From NCBI RefSeq assembly GCF_964188315.1, contig NC_135667.1:20150001-20214000 (forward strand): DNA of 64,000 bases, read 5' to 3'. Below, one piece after another: positions 25,004-34,931 of this stretch (position 1 is its first letter; every line of letters begins with the position of its first letter). The translations under genes were made by a program, and so were the position numbers. Under the pieces are notes generated by a model that saw only the letters and a list, made by a program, of their open reading frames with translations, made no database searches and had not been told where the DNA came from. The stretch comes from Podarcis muralis (taxonomy: Eukaryota).

Positions 25004-26616
25004 CAGTGTTTCCCAACCGGTGTTCCGCGGCACACTAGTGTGCCGCGAGACGTTGCCTGGTGTGCCATGGGAGGGAGGCGGGCGAGTCGGGCGGCGAGAG
25101 GCGGGGCGGAGGCGGCGAGGAGAGGCCGCGCAGCGCGGGGCTCTCACCGTCTGCCTGCCTGGGTGCCTGCGTGGCGCTGACGTCACGGGGCTGTAACGTG
25201 CCCCACATAGGCACACGCGGGGCGGCGAACGAGCTCCCTCCCACATCCCATCGCCGGCTCTGCACCAGGCGGTAGAGCTCGGCGAAGTCGCCGCGCTGGA
25301 AGGCCAGCAGCGCGCGCGCCTTGGCCAGGCTCTCGCCCGCCTGCGCCTCCAGGCACGGCGCCTCGGCGTCGGGCGGCAGCGAGCCCAGGAAGCGGCCCAG
25401 CCGGCCGGGGTCGCCCGCCTGCAGCAGCGCCTCGCACCCGCACGAGACCTGCTCCGCCGAGAAGCGCGGCGAGCGCGGAGGATCGGGCGCGGCGGAGGCC
25501 AGCCCCGCGCTTGGAGAGGACGCAGCAGCCGTCGCCAAACCCGATCCTCCTCCTCCTGCTCCGCCGCCGTCCTCTGGCTCTCGGCCGGGAGGAGCCTGCG
25601 GTGACGGGGCGGGCGCCGAAGTTGGCAGAAGTTGGCGCACCTCCTCGGCAGCGCCTTCGTCCTCCTCCTCCTGCCTCTGCTCTCCTCCGGCGGCGGGGGC
25701 GCGCGGCCCTCCCCGGCCGGGGGGCTCGGCGGGGCCCGCGGGGAAGGAGGCCATGTTCGCGGCACGCGGGATCGCGGCCCCCCTCGCCCGCCTCCGGCCT
25801 GCTCCTCTCCCCCTGCGCGCTGCCCTAGCCGTGCGGGTCTCTTCCCCCTGCGCCGCCGTCCCCTTTCCACATCCTAGGAGCCGCGGTCCGCCTACCGCCC
25901 CCGGGCTGCGGCGCGGCTCCCAGCCCGGGCTGGCCTCCGCCTCCTGGGACGCGCGCCCACCCCCGCGGCCCCCCAAACTTCGGAGCAACTCTCCAGACGC
26001 TTCTCCCCCGCCTCGGTCTCCCTCCTTTCCACTTCTCTTCCCCCCTTCCTTCCCTCTTTCTTTCTCTTTCTCTCCCACCCGCCTTTCCTTCTATTAACTT
26101 TCCTTTCCCCTCCCTTCGTCCTTCCTACTTTTACTCCTGGGCTCCTCCCCCCTTTGTGCAGCCACAAATCAATCTCTCTCTCTTTTTTCCCCTCTCTCTC
26201 TTCTTTGCTCAGACGCAAAAAAGCGCCGCTTTTTGGAAATCCGGACTGCTGTCCCCGCTGAAACGATACTTTAAAAAAGGAAGAACCCACTGGCTCTTAT
26301 TTCTGTTTAAAGCAGTAGATCCCGAACTCTTTTGGCCCACTGCCCCCTTGGTTCCACATCCCCCAGTGTCCCCTATGCTTACTCTATAGAAAGCATTACA
26401 GGGGTTAACGCGGCTCGCTAAGGAAGATATTAATAGAATTCTGCATTTGGGGGGAGACCCTAACAGTCATCTACCATTACCTTCTATGCTGTTACTATTT
26501 TTTTATTTTTTTACATAAGTAAAAAGTGACCTTTCCCCATCTGGCATGGTGGTGTGCCTCGAGATTTTTTTCATGAAACAAGTGTGCCTTTGCCCAAAAA
26601 AGGTTGGGAAACACTG
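25004..26616. mobile_element. Pack-hAT: non-autonomous hAT transposon carrying captured host gene sequence
   Basis: Perfect 15-bp TIRs CAGTGTTTCCCAACC (25004-25018) and GGTTGGGAAACACTG (26602-26616); identical 8-bp TSD GCATAGAA at 24996-25003 and 26617-26624; no transposase; interior holds a SIX5 exon-1 fragment. Confidence 0.9.
25253..25754 (-). pseudogene. SIX5: Captured 3'-truncated SIX5 exon 1 (N-terminus plus first part of the SIX domain; no homeodomain)
   Basis: MASFPAGPAEPP...EEVRQLL...RFSAEQVSCGCEALLQAGDPGRLGRFLGSLPP...KARALLAFQRGDFAELYRLVQSR matches SIX5 (FSPEQVACVCEALLQAGHAGRLSRFLGALPP...RARALVAFQRGEYAELYRLLESR). Homology stops abruptly; the frame stays open to a TAG at 25035-25037 in the transposon end. 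No WDGEET or NWFKNRR motif was found in the window. Confidence 0.85.
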
Positions 26617-26883
26617 GCATAGAAGTCCCGGACCAAATGAAAGAAATTGTAGGGAAAGGGAAGTGTGGATGAGCCCCCCACACACACACAAACACACCAC
26701 AAATGCATATTAAACCTGCAATTTTTTTGCACCAAAAATTCCACTCTGTCTGTGCCTATGGACTTTTAACATCAATGTGTTCTCACCAAAGTCTCCCCAC
26801 TACCCCCCACAATACTTTTCCATCCTTCTGTTTAGTTCCATCATCTTTAATCACCCATCCTTTATTTCTCTCAGTCACACTTT

Positions 26884-26888
<5 letters not shown>

Positions 26889-26960
<72 letters not shown>
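26889..26960. repeat. Compound (CT)n(CA)n microsatellite upstream of PTH2
   Basis: Seen directly. Confidence 0.95.
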
Positions 26961-26963
<3 letters not shown>

Positions 26964-27160
26964 TACTCTCCTATCTCATATTTTCCCCTCCACAGTCCAT
27001 ATTCTGACCCCATTCCTTCCTGTGCCTCATTATTTTCTTTTATTAGAGTGACCCGGGGGCAACCCATTCCAATCCGATCCATTCCATCTTTTCCCGCCTC
27101 AAAGCATCGTCCTGCCTTCCCATTGATCTGGACCCCTACGCCTCCACTTGCCCTCTGTGC

Positions 27161-27192
27161 TGATGTCACAAGCAGAGGCAGAGGGGTATAAA
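27161..27192 (+). promoter_or_regulatory. PTH2 core promoter: CRE-like element and TATA box
   Basis: TGATGTCA at 27161-27168 and TATAAA at 27187-27192, followed by a probable non-coding exon ending at 27274 (ag|gtaagg) and a 78-nt intron to the cctag acceptor at 27352. Confidence 0.65.
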
Positions 27193-27363
27193 TTCACTGG
27201 AGGGAGATTGCTGGAGGCAGGAAACAGAGGACTGGGATACAAGAACCCCTGTGCTGTGTCACCAGCATACATAGGTAAGGAATCCAGGGGTGGGAGCCTG
27301 CCGGAGTTGCCCTTTTCACACACCAATCCCTTTCCCTGTCTTTCCCTCCTAGCCGCAGGAGCC

Positions 27364-30300
27364 ATGGAAGCAGCGTTTGGAGCCTGCAAAAGTCCCAGGG
27401 CCACCTTAGTCATTCTCAGTTCTTGCTTGCTGCTGTCTTCAGGGGCTGTGGTGCACAACTCAGGCAGGTAAGTTGAAGGGGTTTTTCTTTGTGTGGGGTT
27501 TTTTACCTGACCACCTTTTCCATCGGTCATTCTAGATCACACAAGCCATTTTCCATCTGAACCAGATTTACAGTGGACAAGATTGGGCAGGGTTGGCAGG
27601 TGTGTGTGTGTGTGCATTTAAAGTTTAGTAACATGACCAAAGTCTTGCAAAAGAGAATGTGGCAGAGAAGGGGATTGGGAAAGGAAAGGAGAAAGTTCTT
27701 CACCCAGAATAGTTTTTAAGAATATGTTGGTCAGGGGCAGCCAACACAGTGCCGTCCAGATGCAGCCAGTGTAGCGTCGTCCCATCAGCCCCAGTCAATG
27801 TGAGCAATGGTCAGGGATGATGGGAGTTGTAGTTGGACAACATCTTGGTGGAACCAAGTTGACTATCCCAATATAGGTAGTGGGATAAATCGGGGGAACA
27901 CCTTTTTGGGAACCTCCTCTCTCACTTTTTCAACAGCTGGTTGCTTCCTTCTCTTCCGAAAGAAGCCAGGCTGGGGAAAGAAGACATTAATACTGACTCT
28001 TTATCCTTTTTGGGGGAGAAGAGGCAGCAAGAAGGTGCAAAGGGAGAAGTTTGACGTTGCAGGAGCGGGGAAAGAGGGGCTGGGCTGGGAAGGGTTAAGC
28101 AGAATGTGGATGGAGCAGGGGCTTTGTTTCAAAGTATAATGAGAGGTTCTAGAGTTGGAAAGATTTGGGGCTCTTCCAGACTGTCGCTATTTTCAGGTGA
28201 GATTCACTCACATACCCGCAGACTCGTGTCTCACAATTACAATTGATTGGGAGTCCTTGCACAAGAAACCCCGTACCCAAAAGATCAGACGTTTTGCAGT
28301 AAGGAAAGTGGCAGGAAAATGCACCGGGAAGGGGGGGGCGGCACTTGCATTGACACAACTGCCATGTGACCAACCCGCAAACAGCTCAGAATGACGGTTC
28401 ATAGTCAAGGTTGTCCAATCTCCCTGCAGGCAAACCAGGATGAACAAACAGGTTGTCTGGAAGAAGTGCTCAAATAATCCACAATTCTATTATTGATTTA
28501 AGAACTAGCTCCACCATTTTTGTCCGTAATTTGCTCATGGAATTCTTCAACATGAATTCCAATGTAATGGCCAATTTCTTAGTCATGTGGGGCCTGCAAC
28601 AAAACGTTGCAGTGTTTGTGGAGTGCTTCTATTCAAGATTCGAGGCCATCTTCTCCACCACCAACACCCCATATTTTCATTTCCCACACTCAACTGCTTC
28701 TCAGTATTTCGTAGCCACACTGAGCATGCTCAGTCCTTGGGCTGTTTTTAAGGTTCCCTTCTCCTTAGGTTTGTTCCCCCCTTAAAGTAGTTTTCGGACT
28801 TGTGCAAACTTTGCAGTTTCCTTGAGTCCACAATAGCTCCCTCTTCTGCCGAGGCGGTGCTTTTTTTTTTTTTTGTCTAAATAAACAATGAAACTCATAG
28901 CCTGGACATAAGTAATGGAGGGAATGACAGTTTTGAAGAAGAGAGCTGAAAAGGCACAGAGAACAGGGGCCTCTTCAGACTGGTGCTTTATTGCGGGTGT
29001 ATTCTGCAATATGTTCCTGACACAATCATAACGTGTCAGTAGTGGGTTTATTCTTCATGCTTTATTTGTCATTCAACGCTTCCTTGATGCTACGACATTA
29101 TTGCTTTCTGAAGGGGCTAAAGCACGACAAAAGCAGGACAAAAATAAACCAGAATGTTTGGCGTAAAGAAAGTTATGGGATCCCAGCAACAGGATACGGG
29201 ATTATTACTGATTGTAGACAAAGCAGTATATGACTGCCCCAAAACTTTTGCAGGCACACTGAATGGAAAGCGGAACCATGCATGGCCAACCTTATTGCCT
29301 CGTGAGTACTTCAGTGAGAATGCACAATGAAACAGATGTCTGGAGGGGCCCAAAGTCTATCAAATGTCTAGTTGAACAGTTGAACAGAACAGGGAATTGC
29401 CGTATTTTTCGCTCTATAAGACGCATCAGACCACAAGATGCACCTAGTTTTTGGAGGAGGAAAACAAGAAAAAAAATATTCTGAATCTCAGAAGCCAGAA
29501 CAGCAACAGGGATCGCTGTGCAGTGAAAACAGCAATCCCTCTTGCTGTTCTGGCTTCTGGGATAGCTGTGCAGCCTGCATTCGCTCCATAAGACGTGGGA
29601 AGGGAAAAAGTGAGTCTTATAGAGCAAAACATATGGTAATAACAGGGAATGACTGTCCCCCCCCCCTTGCCTCTCTTGAGAGCATCCCGGAGGCATCTGC
29701 CTGGTAGGGACAGAATGCTGTAGGCAGACACTGAGCCGGCAATGCCCCCCCCCCCCCCCGAATCTGAACTCTCCCCTCAAGGGACCTTACTGGTGGAGGT
29801 GGCTCCTAGGTGTCTTCCAGCAGGCTTGAGACTATGGGTTTCTTACTCCACTTCCTGCCTATTAATTAAGCTTCCATTATTTCCCACGAACTAACAGCCG
29901 CCAGGTTACAGTATATCAAATTACTAGCGCAGGATTGGGGAACCCGCAGAGCTCACGTTTGAAGCAATGCAGCTCCCTTCAGCGCCAGCCAGCAGGGCCA
30001 ATGGTCAGGGGCAGCAGGAGTTAAAAGCACCCAACTCCCCTCTCATCAAAGAACTGTAGTTTGTGAAGGGTGCTGGGAATTGTAGCTGTGTGAGGGATGA
30101 ACTGCAGCTGCCGGGACTCTTTGGGTGGGTGCGCTGTAAATGTATTCTGTATACGCAGCCTAAATATATTTAGTCTTTTTTAAGGCGCCCAAAGGCTTGT
30201 TTTTGCTGCAACTGGCTAACACAGGTGGCTTTCTGGAGATTGCATATTGTGTGGGCAAGACCTTAGGGAGATCCATACTTGTTCTGTGCTTCCTTCAGAA

Positions 30301-30795
30301 GGCAATATGGGGACTCCTCCTCGGTTCCAATCTACTTGATCCCTCCTCTGGAGAACTCAGGTTTCCTATACTTTTTCTCCCAGCAGGCTCTGGAGACGTG
30401 AAGTGTCCCAGTATCCTCCAGCAGGGAGCAGCGTTGACCTCAAAGGAGCCCCTGTTCCCTGGAGCCTCCGCATCCCATCCACTACCTTGCATGACTGGAT
30501 GCTCAAGTGGATGTCCTCAGATGTCACCGCCCCCTGGGCTGAGGACAATGAAGAGGAAGGGCGAAACAGGAAGTCCCGCCTGTGGGGCCCAATGAGACAG
30601 GAAGCTCCGTCTCCTAGGGGCCAGAAGGTGGCGCTGTACCAAGCCAGCTGGGTTCCAGGTTGGGGCGGGAAGCGAAGTATTGTGCTAGCGGATGATGCCG
30701 CCTTCAGGGAGAAAAGCAAGATGCTGACAGCCATGGAGAGGCAGAAATGGCTCAACTCCTACATGCAAAAGCTTTTGGTGGTGAACTCTGAGTAG
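27364..30795 (+). CDS. PTH2: Parathyroid hormone 2 / TIP39 precursor, 170 aa
   Basis: Exon 27364-27467 (signal peptide MEAAFGACKSPRATLVILSSCLLLSSGAVV, AG|gtaagt) joins exon 30387-30795 in frame. After KR comes a 39-aa peptide SIVLADDAAFREKSKMLTAMERQKWLNSYMQKLLVVNSE (30676-30792), clearly TIP39. Confidence 0.96.
29400..29636. mobile_element. Tc1/mariner (Tigger/pogo-like) MITE in the PTH2 intron
   Basis: TIR CCGTATTTTTCGCTCTATAAGAC / GTCTTATAGAGCAAAACATATGG; near-identical body at 46127-46384. Confidence 0.75.
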
Positions 30796-30971
30796 GAGGA
30801 AGTGGGGGAATTGGCAGGAGGTAGAGCAGGCACGGAGATGTGAGGTGCAAGAAGGGTCAACCCAGCTGCATTTCGCCTCTCTCAGAACCAAATCCAGGGC
30901 ATTGCTTGAGTGACTGAGTTTACTTATGTGCTGCTTTTCCACAAGGAGCGGGGCCCAAAGCAAAACAACTA

Positions 30972-31210
30972 CAGTGGAACCTCGGTTTTCGAACTCAATC
31001 CATTCTGGAAGACCGTTCGGCTTCCGAAAAGTTCGAAAACCAAGGATCAATGTGCTGGCTGCAAAGTCAATGGGTGGGGGGGAGAAAAAAGTGGCTCAGA
31101 AGCCATTCGGCTTCTGAAAATCGTTTTGAAAACCGGGGCAGTTACTTCTGGGTTTTCAGTGTTCGAAAGCCGAAACGTTCCAAAACGGAGGCATTTGGGA
31201 ACCGAGGTTT
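30972..31210. mobile_element. Tigger-like MITE
   Basis: TA|CAGTGGAACCTCGGTTTTCGAAC start and ggaaccgaggttt end. Confidence 0.65.
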
Positions 31211-31382
31211 GTCTAATGGTTCATTTTTGCCATTTTTGAATTTACTGACATGCTCTGTATTGCGTACACGGAAGCCGAAACATTCCAAAATGGAGGCATT
31301 CGGGAACCGAGGTTTGCCCGTGTACGGAATACAGAGCATGTCAGTAAATTCAAAAATGGCAAAAATGAACTATTAGACAAAC
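31207..31382. repeat. 65-bp inverted repeat (fold-back) with a 46-bp loop
   Basis: Arms 31207-31271 and 31318-31382 with 2 mismatches; the loop repeats 31167-31211. Confidence 0.85.
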
Positions 31383-31398
31383 ACAGAATAAATTACCG

Positions 31399-31437
<39 letters not shown>

Positions 31438-31442
<5 letters not shown>

Positions 31443-31679
31443 GTACCTCGGGTTACATACGCTTCAGGTTACATACGCTTCAGGTTACAGACTCTGCTAA
31501 CCCAGAAATATTACCTCGGGTTAAGAACTTTGCTTCAGGATGAGAACAGAAATTGTGCGGCCGCAGCGCAGCGGCAGCAGGAGGCCCCATTAGCTAAAGT
31601 GGTGCTTCAGGTTAAGAACAGTTTCAGGTTAAGAACAGACTGCCAGAACAAATTAAGTTCTTAACCCGAGGTACCACTG
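31438..31679. mobile_element. Tigger-like MITE
   Basis: TGGTACCTCGGGTTA / TAACCCGAGGTACCACTG|TA termini; related copy at 47897-48120. Confidence 0.75.
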
Positions 31680-33866
31680 TATAAGGTGGGCGATGTATCA
31701 ACTGGCCATTTAGAACAGGAATAGGCAATTGGAAGTCTGGAAGCAGCATTTTACCACCCCTCCACCCTAAAAGGCTTTTTACCACTTGTGCTCCAGTGTA
31801 GCTCCTGATGCCAGGGAACTCGGACGCACCCAAAACACATCCAGGGTTGAGTTGCTCTGTGATTTATCCCTAGCTGAGAGCCCGGCGAAATCTCTTTCAC
31901 CCCTGCAGTTGGGATGGCTAGCTGGTGACCCTGTAGGATTCCAACCCCCATAATCACTGCTAGGCTCCTCCAGATGATATATTTATTCAACATTCATCCT
32001 CATTTGTTTGTACCAAGCTGTGTGTGCTGGGTAGACTATGGCTGTGCTCACATAACTGGCTTAAAACACAGCGGGGTTGTGTCATTTCTCCCTCTAAATG
32101 CCTCCTCTTTGAGCTGCTATTAGGTCCACAGTGGGTGAAAATGCAGGTACCTGCATCTTCCCTGCCTGCCCCACATATGCAGGTCTAATAACTGCAGGTG
32201 CATGTGATTTAGATTAGGGAAATGGTTCATTGGAAATGATTAAGCCTTGCCTCCATAACATAGCTGATTTAAAGTGAAGCGGGGGTAAACACTTGGGGAG
32301 CCAATCATGGATTTTCTCCTTCAGCCCTTAGGTGGTGAAATGTAGGAGGTCTGTTGCAGTAAAAACCCTTGAAGAAAAAGAGAATCAGGTTGAATAAGAT
32401 AATTTAGAGCTGGATGGGTCCTTAGAGGTCGTCTCATCCACCCTTGCTCAGGGCAGGAAACCTGCAACTACAGCAGGAAAGGGGAAGCTCTGACCCTCCA
32501 GAGATTCTGATAGACTCCATCTTCTATCAGCTGGAGTCAGTGCAACCAAGAGACAGGGATGATGGGAGCAGCAGTCAAAGGTTCCCCATCTCTGAATTAT
32601 GCCATTCCTGGCTGATAGCCACCCAGCCTCTTAAAACACCTGCAGTGTAGGAGAGCCCGCTAACTCCTAAGGCAGACTACTCCAAATACAAACCACGTTT
32701 TTCAGTTGAGAAGGGTCTAACGTTCTGCCAAAATCTGCTTCCCTGCAAATTCCACCCACTTTGGTCTCGTCCTGTCCTGTGAGCGACAAATAGCAAATCT
32801 GACGTGAGACTGCGTAGCAGGTGGATTTATTACTGCATGAGCCTCACTAAAGGCTGTCTGAGACAGCAGTTGTGCTTGGTTTCCTAGAAAAGATGGTCAC
32901 TTTGTGTTGCCAGTTGGCCAGGGTTGTGGGAGAAGAGAAGTCACAGGAAGGTCACCGAGAGGGTTGCCTCTGCCCTTTGCTGAACATCTGTTTCACACTC
33001 TCTCCACTTATATTCACTTCAACAACATCTGTACCGAAATTGGAAGGATACAGAGAAGTTTAGGAAGGCCTCCGTGCTTGTATCTCGCACTCTCCACTTG
33101 GCTGTTTTATTTTTCCTGTTCTAATAAAATATGAGATTTAGTTTGTCTTGTTTTGTATTTCCTCTGTTGGGGGTGGGAACGAACAGCACAACGAGGTTTC
33201 TCCAGGGGAAGGGTTCGCAAGTTATTTATTAAAAAAATTATCCCTCCTAATATTTTTATGTATACCAAAAGTGCAAACAGTTGCATTCAACAGAATTTCC
33301 TAAAAGCTAAGTAAAAGCAACAAAACTATATGAAACAGAGCAATGTGTAAAATGGTAAACTAAAAATTAAAAAGTCTCAGTACAAGCGTTTATGATTTTC
33401 TGTGTCCACTTCATGAATTACATAAGGGCAGTGCCTTTTTTCTGGGGAGACACAGACATTTTGTGAATCTAAGTTTGGCCTCATTGAGGGGGTCCGTATT
33501 TCAAAATGAATAGGAAAATGAGAGTACCCCTAAACATTATTTTTAGAAAAAAATGTACTGCATAAGGGAGGGAATCTAAAAGGCCCAAAAAGGCCCACTT
33601 CTCCATTATCAACAAGTGAAAATCCACAGGTTGTGGACTGTCCAGCAGGATCTCCTCAATATATTAAAAATTGGTGTGTTCTGGTGTTAGGTATCCTGTT
33701 CCCAAGTTCTTTAGGGCAGCAAAACACTGAACTTGGCTCAGTAGTGTACAGAGTTTTCAACGCCACTGTGATATGTGTAAAGCTGGGTGTCCGCCTGAGC
33801 ACCATAGTAGCTAAATTTTATACTAGCTGCAGCTTCCAAGCCAGGCAGAAGTGTAGTCCTATGTAT

Positions 33867-34027
33867 GGGGCAGTGTGGTGCAATGGTTAGAGCATTGGTC
33901 TAAGACCCGGGAGACCAGGGTTCAAATCCTCACAGCCATGGCGCTCCCTGAATCGCCTCAGGCCAGCCAGTCATTCACTCTCAGCCTAACCTACCACATG
34001 GAGTAGTTGTGAGGATGAGGAGGAAGA
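33867..34027 (+). mobile_element. tRNA-derived SINE interrupted by the ERV (continues at 41122)
   Basis: Box A/B-like head gtggtgcaatggttagagc...ggttcaaatcc; tail gttgtgaggatgaggaggaaga|ggaaccatgtac is split at the ERV TSD. Confidence 0.65.
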
Positions 34028-34910
34028 TGATACGGAAGGAACAGGGGGGGGGGGTACCCATCCTTCCCTACCGCTCCCTGAAGGGGTCCGAGGCGATGGC
34101 CCCTGCAGTGCCCAGCCGGCCTCGAACCCTCAGCCCCCGCACCATTGCATAGGCACCACACTGTACCCCTGCCTTGTAAATAAAAGGCTCTCTTTCCTGT
34201 CTTCACGCGGGCGGAATAAGCCCCATCTTTCCTATGCCTTTCTCTCGCCCTATTCCTAACGTGAGTCTGGAAAGCATTGAAACCTTTAGAAATTGATATA
34301 AAATCAACCACAACTCCGATTTTCTCCATCCTGGTGACATTCAACTCAGTTGCCTCTGGACTCCATGTTGCTACCCCTACCTCCATAATCTTCAAGACGA
34401 CAAGTCACGTACACAGGAACTTCTTAATCCTGTCAGATCCTCCTGCCTAACCCTTCCTCCGGGCAATACCAGGTGGCAGACGATGCATATCACTGTCCCA
34501 TTGTCCTGCCACCACCGGTACTCAAGAAATGTTTATTTATGTATATCCCTCACTCTGCACATTCCCCCCTCCCTTGTCTTAAATGTTAATCAGTGTAACC
34601 CCACCTCTCTGTAAACATATTCATGACGTGTGTAATATATTCATGATGTAATCCATGAAACCCAACCTTCCCAAAATGTATTCATGACGTTTCGTGCACT
34701 GTATTCTGGGACTTGGAGGGAACTTTTAAAAGTCTATGTCGCCCCATTCTCGGGGTTCAATCTCGCCTTGAACCTGTTGCGCAATAAACTTGGATCTTCT
34801 ACAGTTTGCTCCTGCGTCCGGCTGAGCTCATTTTCTTCCGCAGGGACCCACGGACTTAGTCCGATGAGCTGGGTGGCAGAGCAGCCTCGCACCCAGATTT
34901 TGCCGTAACA
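34028..34910 (+). repeat. 5' LTR
   Basis: TGATACGGAAGG...GCCGTAACA; no difference from the 3' LTR found by eye. Confidence 0.95.
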
Positions 34911-34912
34911 GA

Positions 34913-34931
34913 TGGCGCCCGAACGTGGGGC
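34913..34931 (+). promoter_or_regulatory. Primer binding site, tRNA-Lys
   Basis: TGGCGCCCGAACGTGGGGC, two nt after the LTR end. Confidence 0.85.

Noticed and set aside
25035-26078. Native full-length SIX5 gene
   Set aside because: Homology ends within the SIX domain, no homeodomain exon was found in the window, and the fragment lies inside TIRs with a TSD.
24689-26097. Long ORFs of 393 aa and 258 aa overlapping the SIX5 fragment
   Set aside because: Arg/Pro/Ala-rich shadow frames caused by extreme GC content; no recognisable domain.
33867-33940. tRNA genes (also near 10010, 16205, 46545)
   Set aside because: These are tRNA-derived SINE heads that continue into SINE bodies and lack a full cloverleaf.
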